Program-made: the position numbers and the translations under genes
Assembly: GCA_964016885.1 (NCBI GenBank)
Contig: OZ024745.1
Coordinates: 63,798,001-63,862,000, forward strand
DNA length: 64,000 nt
Direction of reading: 5' to 3'
Source: Eledone cirrhosa
Taxonomy: Eukaryota
Notes under the pieces: model-generated
What the model saw: the letters and a program-made list of their open reading frames with translations, nothing else
Told to the model about the DNA's origin: nothing
Databases searched by the model: none
Part shown: piece after piece, positions 26,082 through 40,003 of the stretch
Layout: each line of letters opens with the position of its first letter
Position numbering within the stretch: position 1 is the stretch's first letter

Positions 26082-26315
26082 AGTGTTAGAAATAGAAAAC
26101 AAATAGAAAGTAAAAGTGATGAGAGAAAAGAAACGGGGAAATGAAAAAAAAAAGGAGGGGGGAGAAACTTTCACGTGCGTGTTCAGTCGGTTATCTTAAG
26201 GAAATGCGAGGAAGCCTTAATAAAATTGATCCAAACTGAAATTTAGTTGTGTGTTCCATATAATATGTTTGAAGGAAAAAATCCTTATCTACACACACAT
26301 ACACACAAACACGCA

Positions 26316-26381
<66 letters not shown>

Positions 26382-26614
26382 TTAGAAACACACAGATACA
26401 TGCGGACACACACATATATACATGAATGCATCCGCACCCAACTGTGAGTTAAGGGTGCCAACTTCACCGATGTTGCTCAATGAATGACTGGGACAGGCCA
26501 ATTCAGTTGAACTAGACTGAACCAGTATCAGAGTTAAAAATACATTATGAAGAGAGAAGAAACATTTAGATATAATTAGTAATAAAATGTATCATACCTA
26601 AACTGCTCCTAAAT

Positions 26615-26698
26615 TCCTCGACCACGTAGTTTCGTGGCATAAACAAAAACAATATATCATAAAGATATATTGCGAGGTCTGCCGACTTATCAAGAGGA
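26615..26698 (-). ncRNA. Hammerhead ribozyme, U3-A8 core, long stem II
   Basis: Reverse complement of the 27368 motif with one G-U change in stem III. Confidence 0.75.
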
Positions 26699-27367
26699 TA
26701 CCTCATTTTACTAGTCTCAAGAACGCGTCTACACGACGTGAGAAAGAATCCCAAAAGGCGGAGGGGGAGATAGTCACGCGATATAACGGTCGAGAAACAG
26801 AGCTAAGCCTCTTATAACCCCGAAGAAAATACCACGGAGGCGGAGGGGGTATTTATATCGAGGCCGTAGAAGAGGTGGTGAAGAAGGCGAGAAGTATGAG
26901 TAATGGAAGCTTTCCAGCTGTCCCCACACTTCAAAGATTGCTCGACCAGAGGGAGTTATTAACAATATATTTAGAAACACACAGATACATGCGGACACAC
27001 ACATATATACATGAATGCATCCGCACCCAACTGTGAGTTAAGGGTGCCAACTTCACCGATGTTGCTCAATGAATGACTGGGACAGACCAATTCAGTTGAA
27101 TTAGACTGAACCAGTATCAGAGTTAAAAATACATTATGAAGAGAGAAGAAACATTTAGATATAATTAGTAATAAAATGTATCATACCTAAACTGCTCCTA
27201 AATTCCTCGACTACGTAGTTTCGTGGCATAAACAAAAACAATATATCATAAAGATATAGAGTTCTTGCGAGGTCTGCCGACTTATCGCGTGACTATCTCC
27301 CCCTCCGCCTTTTGGGATTCTTTCTCACGTCGTGTAGACGCGTTCTTGAGACTAGTAAAATGAGGTA

Positions 27368-27451
27368 TCCTCTTGATAAGTCGGCAGACCTCGCAATATA
27401 TCTTTATGATATATTGTTTTTGTTTATGCCACGAAACTACGTAGTCGAGGA
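27368..27451 (+). ncRNA. Hammerhead ribozyme, U3-A8 core, long stem II
   Basis: tcctc-TTGATAA-gt(c)ggca..tgccac-GAAA-CTA CG TAG-TC-gagga. Confidence 0.8.
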
Positions 27452-27956
27452 ATTTAGGAGCAGTTTAGGTATGATACATTTTATTACTAATTATATCTAA
27501 ATGTTTCTTCTCTCTTCATAATGTATTTTTAACTCTGATACTGGTTCAGTCTAATTCAACTGAATTGGTCTGTCCCAGTCATTCATTGAGCAACATCGGT
27601 GAAGTTGGCACCCTTAACTCACAGTTGGGTGCGGATGCATTCATGTATATATGTGTGTGTCCGCATGTATCTGTGTGTTTCTAAATATATTGTTAATAAC
27701 TCCCTCTGGTCGAGCAATCTTTGAAGTGTGGCGACAGCTGGAAAGCTTCCATTACTCATACTTCTCGCCTTCTTCACCACCTCTTCTACGGCCTCGATAT
27801 AAATACCCCCTCCGCCTCCGTGGTATTTTCTTCGGGGTTATAAGAGGCTTAGCTCTGTTTCTCGACCGTTATATCGCGTGACTATCTCCCCCTCCGCCTT
27901 TTGGGATTCTTTCTCACGTCGTGTAGACGCGTTCTTGAGACTAGTAAAATGAGGTA

Positions 27957-28046
27957 TCCTCTTGATAAGTCGGCAGACCTCGCAAGGACTCTATATCTTT
28001 ATGATATATTGTTTTTGTTTATGCCACGAAACTACGTAGTCGAGGA
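27957..28046 (+). ncRNA. Hammerhead ribozyme, U3-A8 core, long stem II
   Basis: Same as 27368 with 6 extra nt confined to the stem II loop. Confidence 0.8.
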
Positions 28047-28135
28047 ATTTAGGAGCAGTTTAGGTATGATACATTTTATTACTAATTATATCTAAATGTT
28101 TCTTCTCTCTTCATAATGTATATATATATATATAA

Positions 28136-29474
28136 CGGCGATGAATTAGTTTTGCGAGGTTTTTGATATGAAATCGTGTGTCGAAACAAATATTGTTATA
28201 CTTGGGGAGGGTCATATTTGTGTAATATTGGCAGAATTAATAACAGAACACACTCACTGTTTGGTTGGTTTTCGCTTTTCGCTTCTGCGTCCTTTATATC
28301 GGTTAATTTAATTTATTCGGTCCTCAATGTTGCCATTGACTGACCAACGGTCAAAAATACAGATACAATATAGTCTAACAAAGTTCTTTCGTTGCACATC
28401 TGCAACATCGTCAGTGGTGCTATTATGTTTCCTCCCGTTGTATTGTATGCTTACGCCAACTTTATTTAGTCCGTTTATTTATTTATTTGTTTATTTGTTT
28501 GTGTTCTCTGCGCATACGTTTGCGTGTGTGTATAGTGTTTTGTTTGATGTGTGTTCGTGTTTGGGTGACTGGCAATATTATTACACAAATATGACCCTCC
28601 ACAGTTAATTTATTCGGTCCTCAATGTTTACCATTGACTGTCCAACGGTCAAAAAATACAGATATAATATAGACACAAACACATATATATAGTTTATCAA
28701 AGTTCTTTCGTTGCACATCTGCAACATCGTCAGTGGTGCTATTTTTCCTGCCGTTGCATTGTATTTTCTACGCCATCTTTATTTAGTCTGTTTATATATT
28801 TATTTATTTGTTTATTTTTTGTCTTCTTTGCGCATGCGTTTGCGTGTGTGTATAGTGTTTTGTTTGATGTGTGTTCGTGATTGGGTGATTGTGTATTGGT
28901 TAATGTATTCTATCTTTACTAGTGTGTATTTATGTGTTTGTTGTTATTGTGCTTGTGTATGTATTTATTTATTTATCTATTTATTTATATATTTATACTT
29001 CTCTTAGGTCAGTATTGTTTGTTTGGGTGTTGTTGTTATTCCATTCATTTTTTCTGTTTAGCCTTGGCCTTCTCAGTTCTATTTCACTGGCCTCTTTTAT
29101 TTGCCTATCTGCTGCGTCATTTCTATGTTTAGATATTATTCTAATTTCTATGTTGTCTATGTTACCGTCGTGTTGTGGTCTGGCATGTTCGTATAGTACT
29201 GAACCGTTTTTTCGTCCTTTTAGTTCCCCCCAGTGTTGGTCTATCCTTTCACCTATGCTACGAGCTATCTCGCCTATGTATGTTGTTGTCATGTATCTGC
29301 AAGTACCCTCTGTTCATCTTATGCTATAGACTACTTTTCTAGTTTTACAGTTTATCCGGGGATTTACCTTACATATGATACATTTCCTATTAGTACAGCG
29401 AAAACCAACCAAACAGTGAGTGTGTTCTGTTATTAATTCTGGCAATATTACACAAATATGACCCTCCCCAAGTA

Positions 29475-29478
<4 letters not shown>
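28136..29478 (-). mobile_element. Penelope-like element fragment with ~80-bp inverted repeats (28196-28275 / 29398-29478) and an internal duplication
   Basis: GIY-YIG remnant inside, 28310-28570 duplicated at 28607-28890, flanked by TA tracts. Confidence 0.75.
28993..29345 (-). pseudogene. GIY-YIG endonuclease (PLE)
   Basis: VVYSI..TYIGEIARSIGERIDQH..SVLYEH..H..RQIKEASEI..RPRLNRKNEW. Confidence 0.85.
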
Positions 29479-29543
<65 letters not shown>

Positions 29544-29927
29544 GTGCTTATGTGTAGAAAACAAAGGTGATATATCTAATATAACATTAAGCAATGAACG
29601 AGTAGATTACATGCAGAACATGACAATTATTCTTGCTGGAGAGAAACAAAAACATGATTCTATTCCATTTGTATGTAACAAAATCATATAAGTTGTGTTG
29701 CTCTAGTCTAGGTTTCTATATAGAACGAAAATAAATGTAGATATAAAGTGTATATTACACTATAAACATATCTCCTGTTATATTGCTCCCCAAAACTATT
29801 CACGGTGGTTTAAAAGTTTCTTACAAGACAATACTAGGGCTGTAGATTGCTTGTATTTGATTGACATTTAAAAGATCGAGGGAACACAAGAGTGTACCCT
29901 ACATAATCTTAATCACGTTTATTCAGT

Positions 29928-30016
<89 letters not shown>

Positions 30017-30024
30017 CCCCCCCC

Positions 30025-30060
<36 letters not shown>

Positions 30061-31180
30061 CTCTATGTATATATATATATGCCGGTCCAGCAAAATGTAA
30101 GACTGATAGCGAATGGTCTTCTAAATGTTTTTTAATTAAACATACGGTATATTGCCAAATATATTATACATCGCTATTTCAGAGCACCAATCCTAATACC
30201 TAATTTTTGCTGGATTCTATAAGAACCCAGCTTCTATCATTTTAGGCAAAGGCAGGGGAGTGCATCGTTTTGATAAACACCAAACAGCGAGACACCGACT
30301 GTCAGCCTCTCGCCCTACCTTTGTCGAAAATAAGTAAGTGACATAGTCACTACTTTAAAACTGATAGTGACTGGTCTTCTAAATGTTTTTAATGAAACAT
30401 ACGGTATATTGCCAAATATAATATACATACATTCATATATAGGGCTAGATCGTATAACGGAAATAAAAGACCATGTGACCTCTGCGCCGCTGAGGCCCTG
30501 GAAATACTCTACGCTACAGACCACATCTTAAACAAAAAATCTGAGGCAATTTCGGCTTGTAAACATAAATTGCACAAAACTTTCCTGTATTACAGCCCCA
30601 CGTTATACCCTAACGGATAGCACGATCTATACGTAGATATTTTACGTCTTGATGTGGGAGCTAAGTATATGTTTTGTTTATTCCTTTACTTATTTGCATA
30701 GGTAAGTATATATTACCCGTATGTTTTGTGAAGGTATGTATACCTTCTCGTACGTATATTTGACTGTTATAGCGTATAATTTTTACATATTCTGGTATTT
30801 AGGGTTTGGCTATGTGTATACGGGAGTTTTGCGTCCGCGTGAGTGTGCAGGTTCGTACGTATGGTGGGTGTGTGTATATGTGTACTTCTTGTTTTAGTTG
30901 ACTTACGTCTCCGAACATTCGTGTATTTATATGTAGGTATGCGTGTGCGCTTGTTATATACGTATTTATTTACTTATATACGTTTATATAATTATTTATT
31001 TATTTGTACACAAGCATACACACACACACATATTTATATGTGCGTGGTTTTGTATACCCATGGTAAGGTTTTGCATATGCTTGTGTATGTACGTATCTGT
31101 TTGCGTGTATGTATTTATTTGTTTCTATTACTTCTGTATTGTATTTATTTACTTTGTTCTTAACTCTGTAGCGGAGATTC

Positions 31181-31616
31181 ATTTGGTCTCCTAGTTAGAA
31201 TTTTAGTCTACGCTTTCTGCTATACCATTTACGTGGTTTTGTCTTTGCGTTCTATTGTTCTCCACATATGACTCATTATCTTCGTTTTTTCGTTCATTGC
31301 CAGAGAACGTCTCTATGCACCACCTAAGAGAACATTAGTCTACGACCTCTTTTATACCATAAACGTGGTTTTGTCTTTGCGCGTAATTGTTTTCCACCGC
31401 TCCTATTAATGACGTATTATTCATTTTTTCCCGTTCTTTGCGAACGTTCCAGCGAACGTTACCACGAACCAAAGTATCGTCTTCCTGTTTTCCTCCGGTT
31501 GCAACGTTTTTTGAAATATCCAGTTCTGCGTTTACAGATTGACTTTGTTAGTTTCAGAAGATCCCGTTAAGGGTGAAAGCAGCGATTCTTTGCTTAAACT
31601 TTAATCTGTTATTTCA

Positions 31617-31704
<88 letters not shown>

Positions 31705-32140
31705 TGAAATAACAGATTAAAGTTTAAGCAAAGAATCGCTGCTTTCACCCTTAACGGGATCTTCTGAAACTAACAAAGTCAATCTGTAAACGCAGAACTG
31801 GATATTTCAAAAAACGTTGCAACCGGAGGAAAACAGGAAGACGATACTTTGGTTCGTGGTAACGTTCGCTGGAACGTTCGCAAAGAACGGGAAAAAATGA
31901 ATAATACGTCATTAATAGGAGCGGTGGAAAACAATTACGCGCAAAGACAAAACCACGTTTATGGTATAAAAGAGGTCGTAGACTAATGTTCTCTTAGGTG
32001 GTGCATAGAGACGTTCTCTGGCAATGAACGAAAAAACGAAGATAATGAGTCATATGTGGAGAACAATAGAACGCAAAGACAAAACCACGTAAATGGTATA
32101 GCAGAAAGCGTAGACTAAAATTCTAACTAGGAGACCAAAT
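31181..32140. repeat. ~440-bp apparently perfect inverted repeat centred on a ~80-bp (TA)n
   Basis: 31181-31621 is the reverse complement of 31700-32140. Confidence 0.9.
31550..31600 (+). ncRNA. Hammerhead-like fold with A4 core variant (mirror copy 31721-31771, minus)
   Basis: agttt-CAGAAGA-tccc gttaa gggt-GAAA-gca gcgattctt tgc-TT-aaact. Confidence 0.65.
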
Positions 32141-32394
32141 AACGGCATTCCTGTCTTAACGACACCAACACTTTCTCCGCTTGGCCTGTTTTCCCCCCTT
32201 TTGGAACTTTTCCCCCGTTGATGGGCGTGAGCCCGAAATATTGGGATTAAAATCTCTACTACGGTAACCCTTCTACCTTTGTTTTGTTTTCATCTTTGTC
32301 TCTCTCAACTTTCACTTTCACCTGTTTTTCCTATCTATATTTCACTTCCTACCTCGAGATTTCCCTTTGCATTGTTGTGGCTTTCTTAAATACG

Positions 32395-32452
<58 letters not shown>

Positions 32453-32588
32453 TTATGTCCTTGAGCAAGACACTTTATTTCACGTTGCTCCTTCTACCTG
32501 GAGTTGCGACCGATAGATAGTATTAGCAATTGGAAAGACCAACGGAAACATTGTTTCCTCGGTCCGATTTGACGAAAGTCGATTGCCA

Positions 32589-32627
<39 letters not shown>

Positions 32628-32710
32628 AAAGTTTTATTTAAAATTGTTGGGTTACAGCAAGTAAATATTTTATAACTGATATAAAGCACTCAACAAGTTT
32701 TGGAGTAGAT

Positions 32711-33258
32711 ATACGATATTAAACAAATGGAAACTATATTTATAAAACCATATTTATTTCATTATACATATTTCGGGGATACCATATTAAAAATATGGCA
32801 TGCCTTCTTCAGATAAAATACAATATATAAACAGTTTTATAAATAATTTTGACGTACCATAAATATTGATCAACTTTTATGTAAGAAGTTGGTTTGGTAG
32901 TGAAATGTTTATAAATATTTAGTGTTAAGCACAGTTAAAAAGAAAGACGGAGAAAAAGAAGAAATGTATGTAAAGAAAAACATTTCTCTCTGTTTTTCTT
33001 TACATACATTTCTTTTTTTTCTCCGTCTTTCTTTTTAACTGTGCTTAACACTAAATATTTATAAACATTTCACTACCAAACCAACTTCTTACATAAAAGT
33101 TGATCAATATTTATGGTACGTCAAAATTATTTATAAAACTGTTTATATATTGTATTTTATCTGAAAAAGGCATGCCATATTTTTAATATGGTATCCCCGA
33201 AATATGTATAATGAAATAAATATGGTTTTATAAATATAGTTTCCATTTGTTTAATATC

Positions 33259-33261
<3 letters not shown>
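32711..33261. mobile_element. Head-to-head palindromic insert (~270-bp arms) with HHRs at 32761-32817 (-) and 33156-33212 (+)
   Basis: Centre at ~32983-32990. Cores are CTGAAGA (left arm) and CTGAAAA (right arm). The family also occurs at 49880-50035. Confidence 0.75.
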
Positions 33262-33351
<90 letters not shown>

Positions 33352-33445
33352 CTGAAGTTTCCGTTGAAAATTGAAAAAGTCATAGGAGTGAAGAGTGCTC
33401 TATGTAAGTACCAGAGCAAAATTTAATGTATAATAAACAATACAA

Positions 33446-33520
33446 TATAATTACCTCATTACCAGAGGTTTCCTGAATAAGACGAATACGGAAAACGTTC
33501 TCATTAGTTCGTCGGACAAG
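33446..33520 (-). ncRNA. Degenerate hammerhead in a ~175-bp TA-embedded insert
   Basis: CCGACGA-a ctaatgag..cttatt(c)ag-GAAA-cctc tggtaat gagg-TA; stem I is weak. Confidence 0.5.
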
Positions 33521-33521
33521 G

Positions 33522-33590
<69 letters not shown>

Positions 33591-35587
33591 CAAAGTTGAG
33601 TTATTTTAAAACCTATTCGTTTGGAATATGATTCATTTCTATGTTATCAAACATATAAAGTACTATTGGAATATATGCTTCATTTTGTAAGGCAGCGGAT
33701 TCAGTTTCCAAGATATTTTGCTCTTAGCTCTAACATGTCAGCCAACCATGTAGTGTTTCTTTCATTATCTTTTTGGTGACATAGTGATTACGTTTTGGGG
33801 TTGTGAGAGCAGTATGTTAATACCAGATACACGGACAGTTTATAGAATGGCAGTAACTGGTCATAACTAATGTGTTTTAAATTTGAAGAAACATAGCGTT
33901 TGAGTAATAGTTTTCACTATTTTTTGAAGCCCATTTTGACGATATGGTTTAAGCAGCTTTGCCATATAACATTTCTCATAATAATTCAAAATAATAGCAT
34001 AAGTACTATGTCAATTTAACGAATCACCTATTAATTTAAAGTGTCCCCACTCACTTCATTGTCCACATTTAATTTAGCCGTCGACAAAACCTTTCGATTC
34101 TATACAATTAAATGCCATTTAGTGAGACTTGACAAGTGACAGAAGAATGTATTGATGGCCTCATTGACTCTCATTAATTATTTTGTAACAGCTTGGACAA
34201 AATATAATAGGATGTCAAGTGCCTTTTGACACGACCTAATAAATTGATTACAAAGATATAATATTTACGGCGTAAAACACTCTAAACGAAGCTTCGTACT
34301 TGAATACAGTTATCCTTAAGAATTTACTCTGCCTTTCAAGATGTTCATATAATTGTAATCTATGTTTCTTGACGCTTCGTGAGAAACTGTCTCTAAACAC
34401 GTTTTCTTCTAAAACGTATGGTGCTGGTAACTTATGGTTTTGTTTGCGAAATAGAAACAAAATTTTGTTGAAGTTTCCTTCCCCAAACTAAGTGGAAGTC
34501 GATTGCTTATAGTATTTTTTTGATTCCAATGTTTTCATCCTTTCCGTTTTATTTTTCAACATTTCAGAATGGAGAATAATTGATAGAAATTGTTTAATGC
34601 CAAACCAAACAACATAATGTTGTTAATTGATTTATCCTGTATAAAGAGTATTTCTATAATATGCACCAAAATTCTAACACATACTAAAACAGTTTAACCA
34701 GAAATGGGTAAAGGCAACCAAGTTAAAATAATAGACGGACATTTTACGACTGAACATCTAGGTGCCTTGAAACAGATTTCAACGAGAATATATTCCTCCG
34801 CTGAAAACGGAAAACGTACAATAATAATAACATATTTGAGAAAAGATACTGATGATAGATTTTTAATCATACGAAGTTCCACCGAACGGAGAAGGCTAAG
34901 ATCTCGATGCAACAATTTCAAATGATACAACAAACGTCGAAAATTATATGAGGTTCATTAATTTGACACTGAAATATATAGGTAATGGAAAATAATAGAA
35001 AACTTATCGAACATCTCTATTAATTTATATATTATTTCATTTCGCAATGCCATAAATTGGATGTATTTTAACTAAAATTTGACTGATTGATACATACAAA
35101 CGACGGATTCTGTGCACGTTAAACCCAGCTGATGCACATAGATATAGATTATTTTACAAAAGGTATGTTGACTTTCGATAACGTAAACCAGAATTAATTA
35201 ACTGACAAACATATGGTAAGATTGGTCTTGGTCTAAATAACTTTGATTATCAACGTGTTCGCTCAAGCGAGATGGATATTAAACAACAAGAACAACACTA
35301 TGGTCAACAACACAAAGATCAGCAGCAGCAATATCATCCCATTGAAATATATTGGTAGATATCGTTTAAAAATCAGCATTGGTTTTAGACGGTGAAGGTA
35401 ATATGCCTCCTGATTTTTAAAATCGTTTCAATGATAATAGCATCAAATATGGATTGCCATTGCTACAAATGTGTTCGAAATTAAATGTCAGATATTCCAG
35501 CAATTACTATCTGATGGCTTTACTACATATCTTTATCTGATTAAAAGGTCTGGTACAATTCTTCAAAATTGAACAAATGTTTATATA

Positions 35588-36482
35588 CGAGGTGTGTCAG
35601 AAAAGTTCCAGGACTGATGTCACAAAAGATTTATTTCAATCCCAAACTTCACACTAAGAGTTTTCTCCTTCAAAGTAATCTCCCTGGAGTCTAATGCACC
35701 TTTCCATCCTTTTCTGCCACGCTTGCATGCACTCCAGGAAGGATTCTTCCGGGATCCTCTGCAGTTCCGTCGTCACGGCCTTTTTGATGTCGTCCACGTC
35801 TTCAAAACGGGTTCTCTCCGGGTCGTACTCGAAGATCCATGACTCATCACTAGTGATGACTGTCCCTAGAAAGTCTGGTTCGGTTTCAAGACGCTCGAGG
35901 ATGTCCTGGTACACTTGCATGCGTCGAGCCTTCTGATCATCATTCATCAGTTTTGGCACCATCTTCGCGCAGACTTTCCGCATGTCCAAATCGTCAGTGA
36001 GAATCTTCCAGACGCTGTCCCGATTCATGCCCAGCTCATTTGCCATGAGTCGAACAGTCAGCCGACGATGGCTACGCACCATCTGACTGACGCGCTCAAT
36101 GCTGACCTCAGTCCTGGTTGTTGCGGGCCTTCCGCTCCTGGGTCATCTTCCACGTCCTCGCTTCCTTCTTTAAACCTCTTGCACTACTCCAACACACGTG
36201 AGCGTGACATCGTCTAATCTCCATAAACTTGCTGCAGCAATCCCTGTGCTTGTGACGGAGTTTTCAAGTTTGTTCGTTGCTCTGTGCTCATTGCTTGACG
36301 ACCTGAAACAGAGGACATGTATATAAAATTATGAAGAAAAAAGTTTGATCGCTGCTGAGAGCTAAGATTACAGTTACATACTCCAGGGGAATTACTTTGA
36401 AGGAGAAAACTCTTAGTGTGAAGTTTGGGTTTGAAATAAATCTTTTGTGACATGAGTCCTGGAACTTTTCGGACACACCTCG
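35588..36482 (-). mobile_element. mariner transposon, internally deleted
   Basis: TA-CGAGGTGTGTC.GAAAAGTTCCAGGAC inverted termini. Transposase remnant RKVCAKMVPK..VITSDESWIFEYDPE is fused directly to RFEDVDDIK..W.KRMERCI..GDYFEG, so the YSPDL region is missing. Confidence 0.92.
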
Positions 36483-36653
36483 TATAAGACAGTCACAGGC
36501 ATCAGCCTATAATTAAGAAGTTGCTTCGTAAAGAACTGATTGCGAGTTCGATTCCAATGACGAAACATTTGGACAAGAGTATCTAAATTGGACTAAGGTG
36601 AACCAATGGATTGTTTGTGGTAATTGGCAGGGAGAAATTGTACGGAGGCCCTC

Positions 36654-36716
<63 letters not shown>

Positions 36717-39700
36717 TTACACGAACGTGTATGTTCCCGCGAGTATATGTGTGCACACGAGTGGGTGTGTGCCTGTGTGTAAGTGCGGTTGCTTACTTGT
36801 GTCTGTTTATGCTTGTGTATACCGTTTTACCATGTTTCTTTGAATTGATTCTTTTCACAGCAAAATGCAGGTTATGCATCCGATAAATTGTGATCCATGG
36901 AACCTATTTGAAAATATGTACGGATATCAAATTATCTACTACAACGCATGAACGTAGGACCACAACACGGCCACAGTTTAATGAATGAAATGAATATATG
37001 TATAACCATGGCCCAAGTGTCCCAAGTGTCCCAAGTCAATAGAAAAATTAGTATATTCATAGAATTTGAATGATTTCTTAAGAAGAAAATAGAAACATGA
37101 TTTAAGGTTCGAAATTAAACACCATATACCTAAAGTGCTATTGTGTGAAACCAGAAATACGTTATCTACTGGTCATCAGGACTAATGTAAAGCCACAGAT
37201 CTTTTATATAATTCCCGAAACCTAAAGTATTTAATATTTTTCTCGTGACAAATATTTTAAAACAATATTTTTTATTAGAATATCAATAATCATGACCGGA
37301 ATTTCAAAACTAAAAATAACTAGATACTTTCTTTGACAACCAGCTGATATATCTTTTATTAATATCCAACATGTCTATGAAATAAAAAATAACGTATTTC
37401 AATTAATTCCTAAATCCAGATTCCAAATAAATTTGTTTTCGTGTGTTTTCGTCCTTGTTTCCAGATTCTAAATTTAGGATATATGTATTCTCACGATGTT
37501 TATTTTTTGCCTTTTATTTTAGCAGATTTTAGCATTTATTTAGCAGATTCTTGATATTTCCGTTATGTTAAGTTAGTGAGAGACCTTGGATGAAACCTCT
37601 GCTTGCGTGTCAGCTTTCATTTGTTACATACTGAAGCAGAGATATTTCAGCATGAGCAGCTGCTACCTCGAAGACAATTGAAACAATCTTGGTCACAGGA
37701 AAGTGTCACTATGATCTATTCATTGCAATTCCGGCAGATTTCGCAAAAGGCAATATAATGAAAAACATTACATTCATATCCACGAAATTATTACTTGATT
37801 TAAATACAACCTATATATCTGCTAACCGAAGATATTCTGAGTATTGCGAAGATCTCTATCACCACAAACTCTGACATGCCACCAGCAACCTGAATAAATA
37901 TTTATTAACATAATTTGCCTCATATTTTGTACTGAAGTTCAAAATATCTTATGTTCACATTGAGTTGTAAAACAAATGTCATACAACAAGGTATATATAA
38001 ATGAATATTTCTGTAAAAATACCCTTCGAACTTGAAGATCTCCGGACCAAATCCGGCTCTGGGAATGTATTGGCCATGTGACAATTTATTTTCTAATTTG
38101 AGGTGGCTATTTTAATAACACCACTAATGCCTTCTATAATGTGATCAATTATTTCCTGTTTCCTTCGTCCCACCGTCAAATATACTGCATTTGAAACTTA
38201 TTTTAACAAGCTATAATTTTGAAATGTAATATATAAGATTCCTTGCATTAACTGTAATAATTTTCTTAGCAGCCTAAACAATATTATGAGAGTACTGTAG
38301 GATAGTAATTTAAACTTCGAAAAGGAAATTCCCTGGACACATACCCTGAAATATTATTTTATGATTATAGATAGACTCAATCAGTTGCAGTTCCCAACAG
38401 CTGGACTTCCATTTCAAAGATTATGCAGAAAAAGGTTCGATAATCCAAGTCACTCTCTGAATAGAAATTTCAATGAAATTTGTTTATCACCCATGAGCAA
38501 TGAGTTAAATATGTACAGATAATACATTGGTATTTATTCGATTTATTATTATACACCATTATAAAATGTTTCATGTTCCTCATGAAACAACAATCAATTA
38601 TTTATGAAAACGAGATAACATATTATATCTATAGTGACGAAATGGAAGTTCATAGTTTCTCTGTCTTCTTCCATGGATGCTGCAATTCTGGATAGAGTAC
38701 TTATTCGAATCAGTATTGGAAAGCAATCAATATTTTAATTCAGCGATATGTCTTTGTTAATGTTTTTTTTTCATAAAACGTGAAGTGCGATTATATATGG
38801 GCTGTGCATATATGTATCATTCAAGGGATTTCGTGACAATTACCTTGAAAATTATGTCCACAGTTATCAACATTTTAGGAACTATCAATAATTATACTTT
38901 GTAGGAATAACATTCCGTTTATCATACATACGCTCAATGAAATTCGTAAAGGATGGATGAAATGTATTATCTGCTAAAAAAAACAATGATTGTATTACAA
39001 AAGTTTTTTTTATTAACCTTTACTTTCCTTAAAAGTTTATCAAAATCTACCTATAGTAACTTTCACATAGTGGAAAAGGATGGATGTTATCTTGGAAGCA
39101 TACCAAAGGTGATTATTTTAAAACTGTAACACGGTTAGATACTATGAAAGTGTGCCAAGGTTATAATTCGGGAAAGCTGCCAAAAATGATTTTAATAGAA
39201 TTAACCTTGTATATACGAGGAAAATTATATCATCATTTGCTTTTGGCATCCATCAAATTCTTACATTAGCAAAATAAATAGATAGAGTAAGAAAGGAAAA
39301 CGAAGTTTATATTTATATAACATTAATTCGAAACCTGAAGCAGAGTGGAGATGTTTGACAGGCATCTGAACGTTCTATAGATCGCATCCTAGCATCTAGC
39401 TATGATCATGATTATAAGTGCTAACACTTAAACATTGCCGTTCTTTTAACATAACCAGATGTATAGGTGAAGGGGATCATTACATAATTACTTTGTCTTT
39501 CGTACATGTTCTGTGCTTAATTCTTCTCTAGTTATAAGCGCAGATTAAAAAGGACTGGAATACACTAAGTTGATGTAATATAATAGACTGAATAAGAAGC
39601 TCACACTACGAGATAATGATATTTGTTAATTATTCAAGGTGAGTATTTTCAAACGTCACTGTGCGGGGTCCAGTGTTTTGGCTTGAGTTAAAGATTATGA

Positions 39701-40003
39701 CAATGATTACAATCTTATATATAAAATGTTTATCTTTTGACAATTTACAATTTGCAAGAGAAACGACACTGTTACATTGTCACAAAATGAAATTTCCCTC
39801 CTGTGAGTCACTGTAGAAAACGCCTACTCCAGCTTTCAATATTTCTGTAATAAAGATTATGGAAAACAAATTATTGAAAAATTTAACCCGTTTTTAAAGT
39901 CAAAGACTAAGTACCATAATATACTTACATCTGCACTGAACCATTTCGGCCATACAGTGCATTGAAAATAGATATTTTCCCATTAGCTTCAATGTAATAA
40001 CAT

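Larger units (their letters stand above)
26376..28120. repeat. 589-bp HHR-containing tandem repeat, ~1.5 units minus joined head-to-head to ~1.4 units plus (retrozyme-like)
   Basis: Period 589 (26615 to 27204; 27368 to 27957). Inversion junction at ~27283-27286. (TA)n lies at both outer ends. Confidence 0.85.

Noticed and set aside
28136-28205. GAAA-caa ata ttg-TT stem III in the PLE repeat
   Set aside because: No recognisable core or stem II upstream
32210-32250. CCGTTGA-t-gggc gtga gccc-GAAA-tatt-ggga
   Set aside because: Probably a decayed HHR, but it has two core substitutions, so not called
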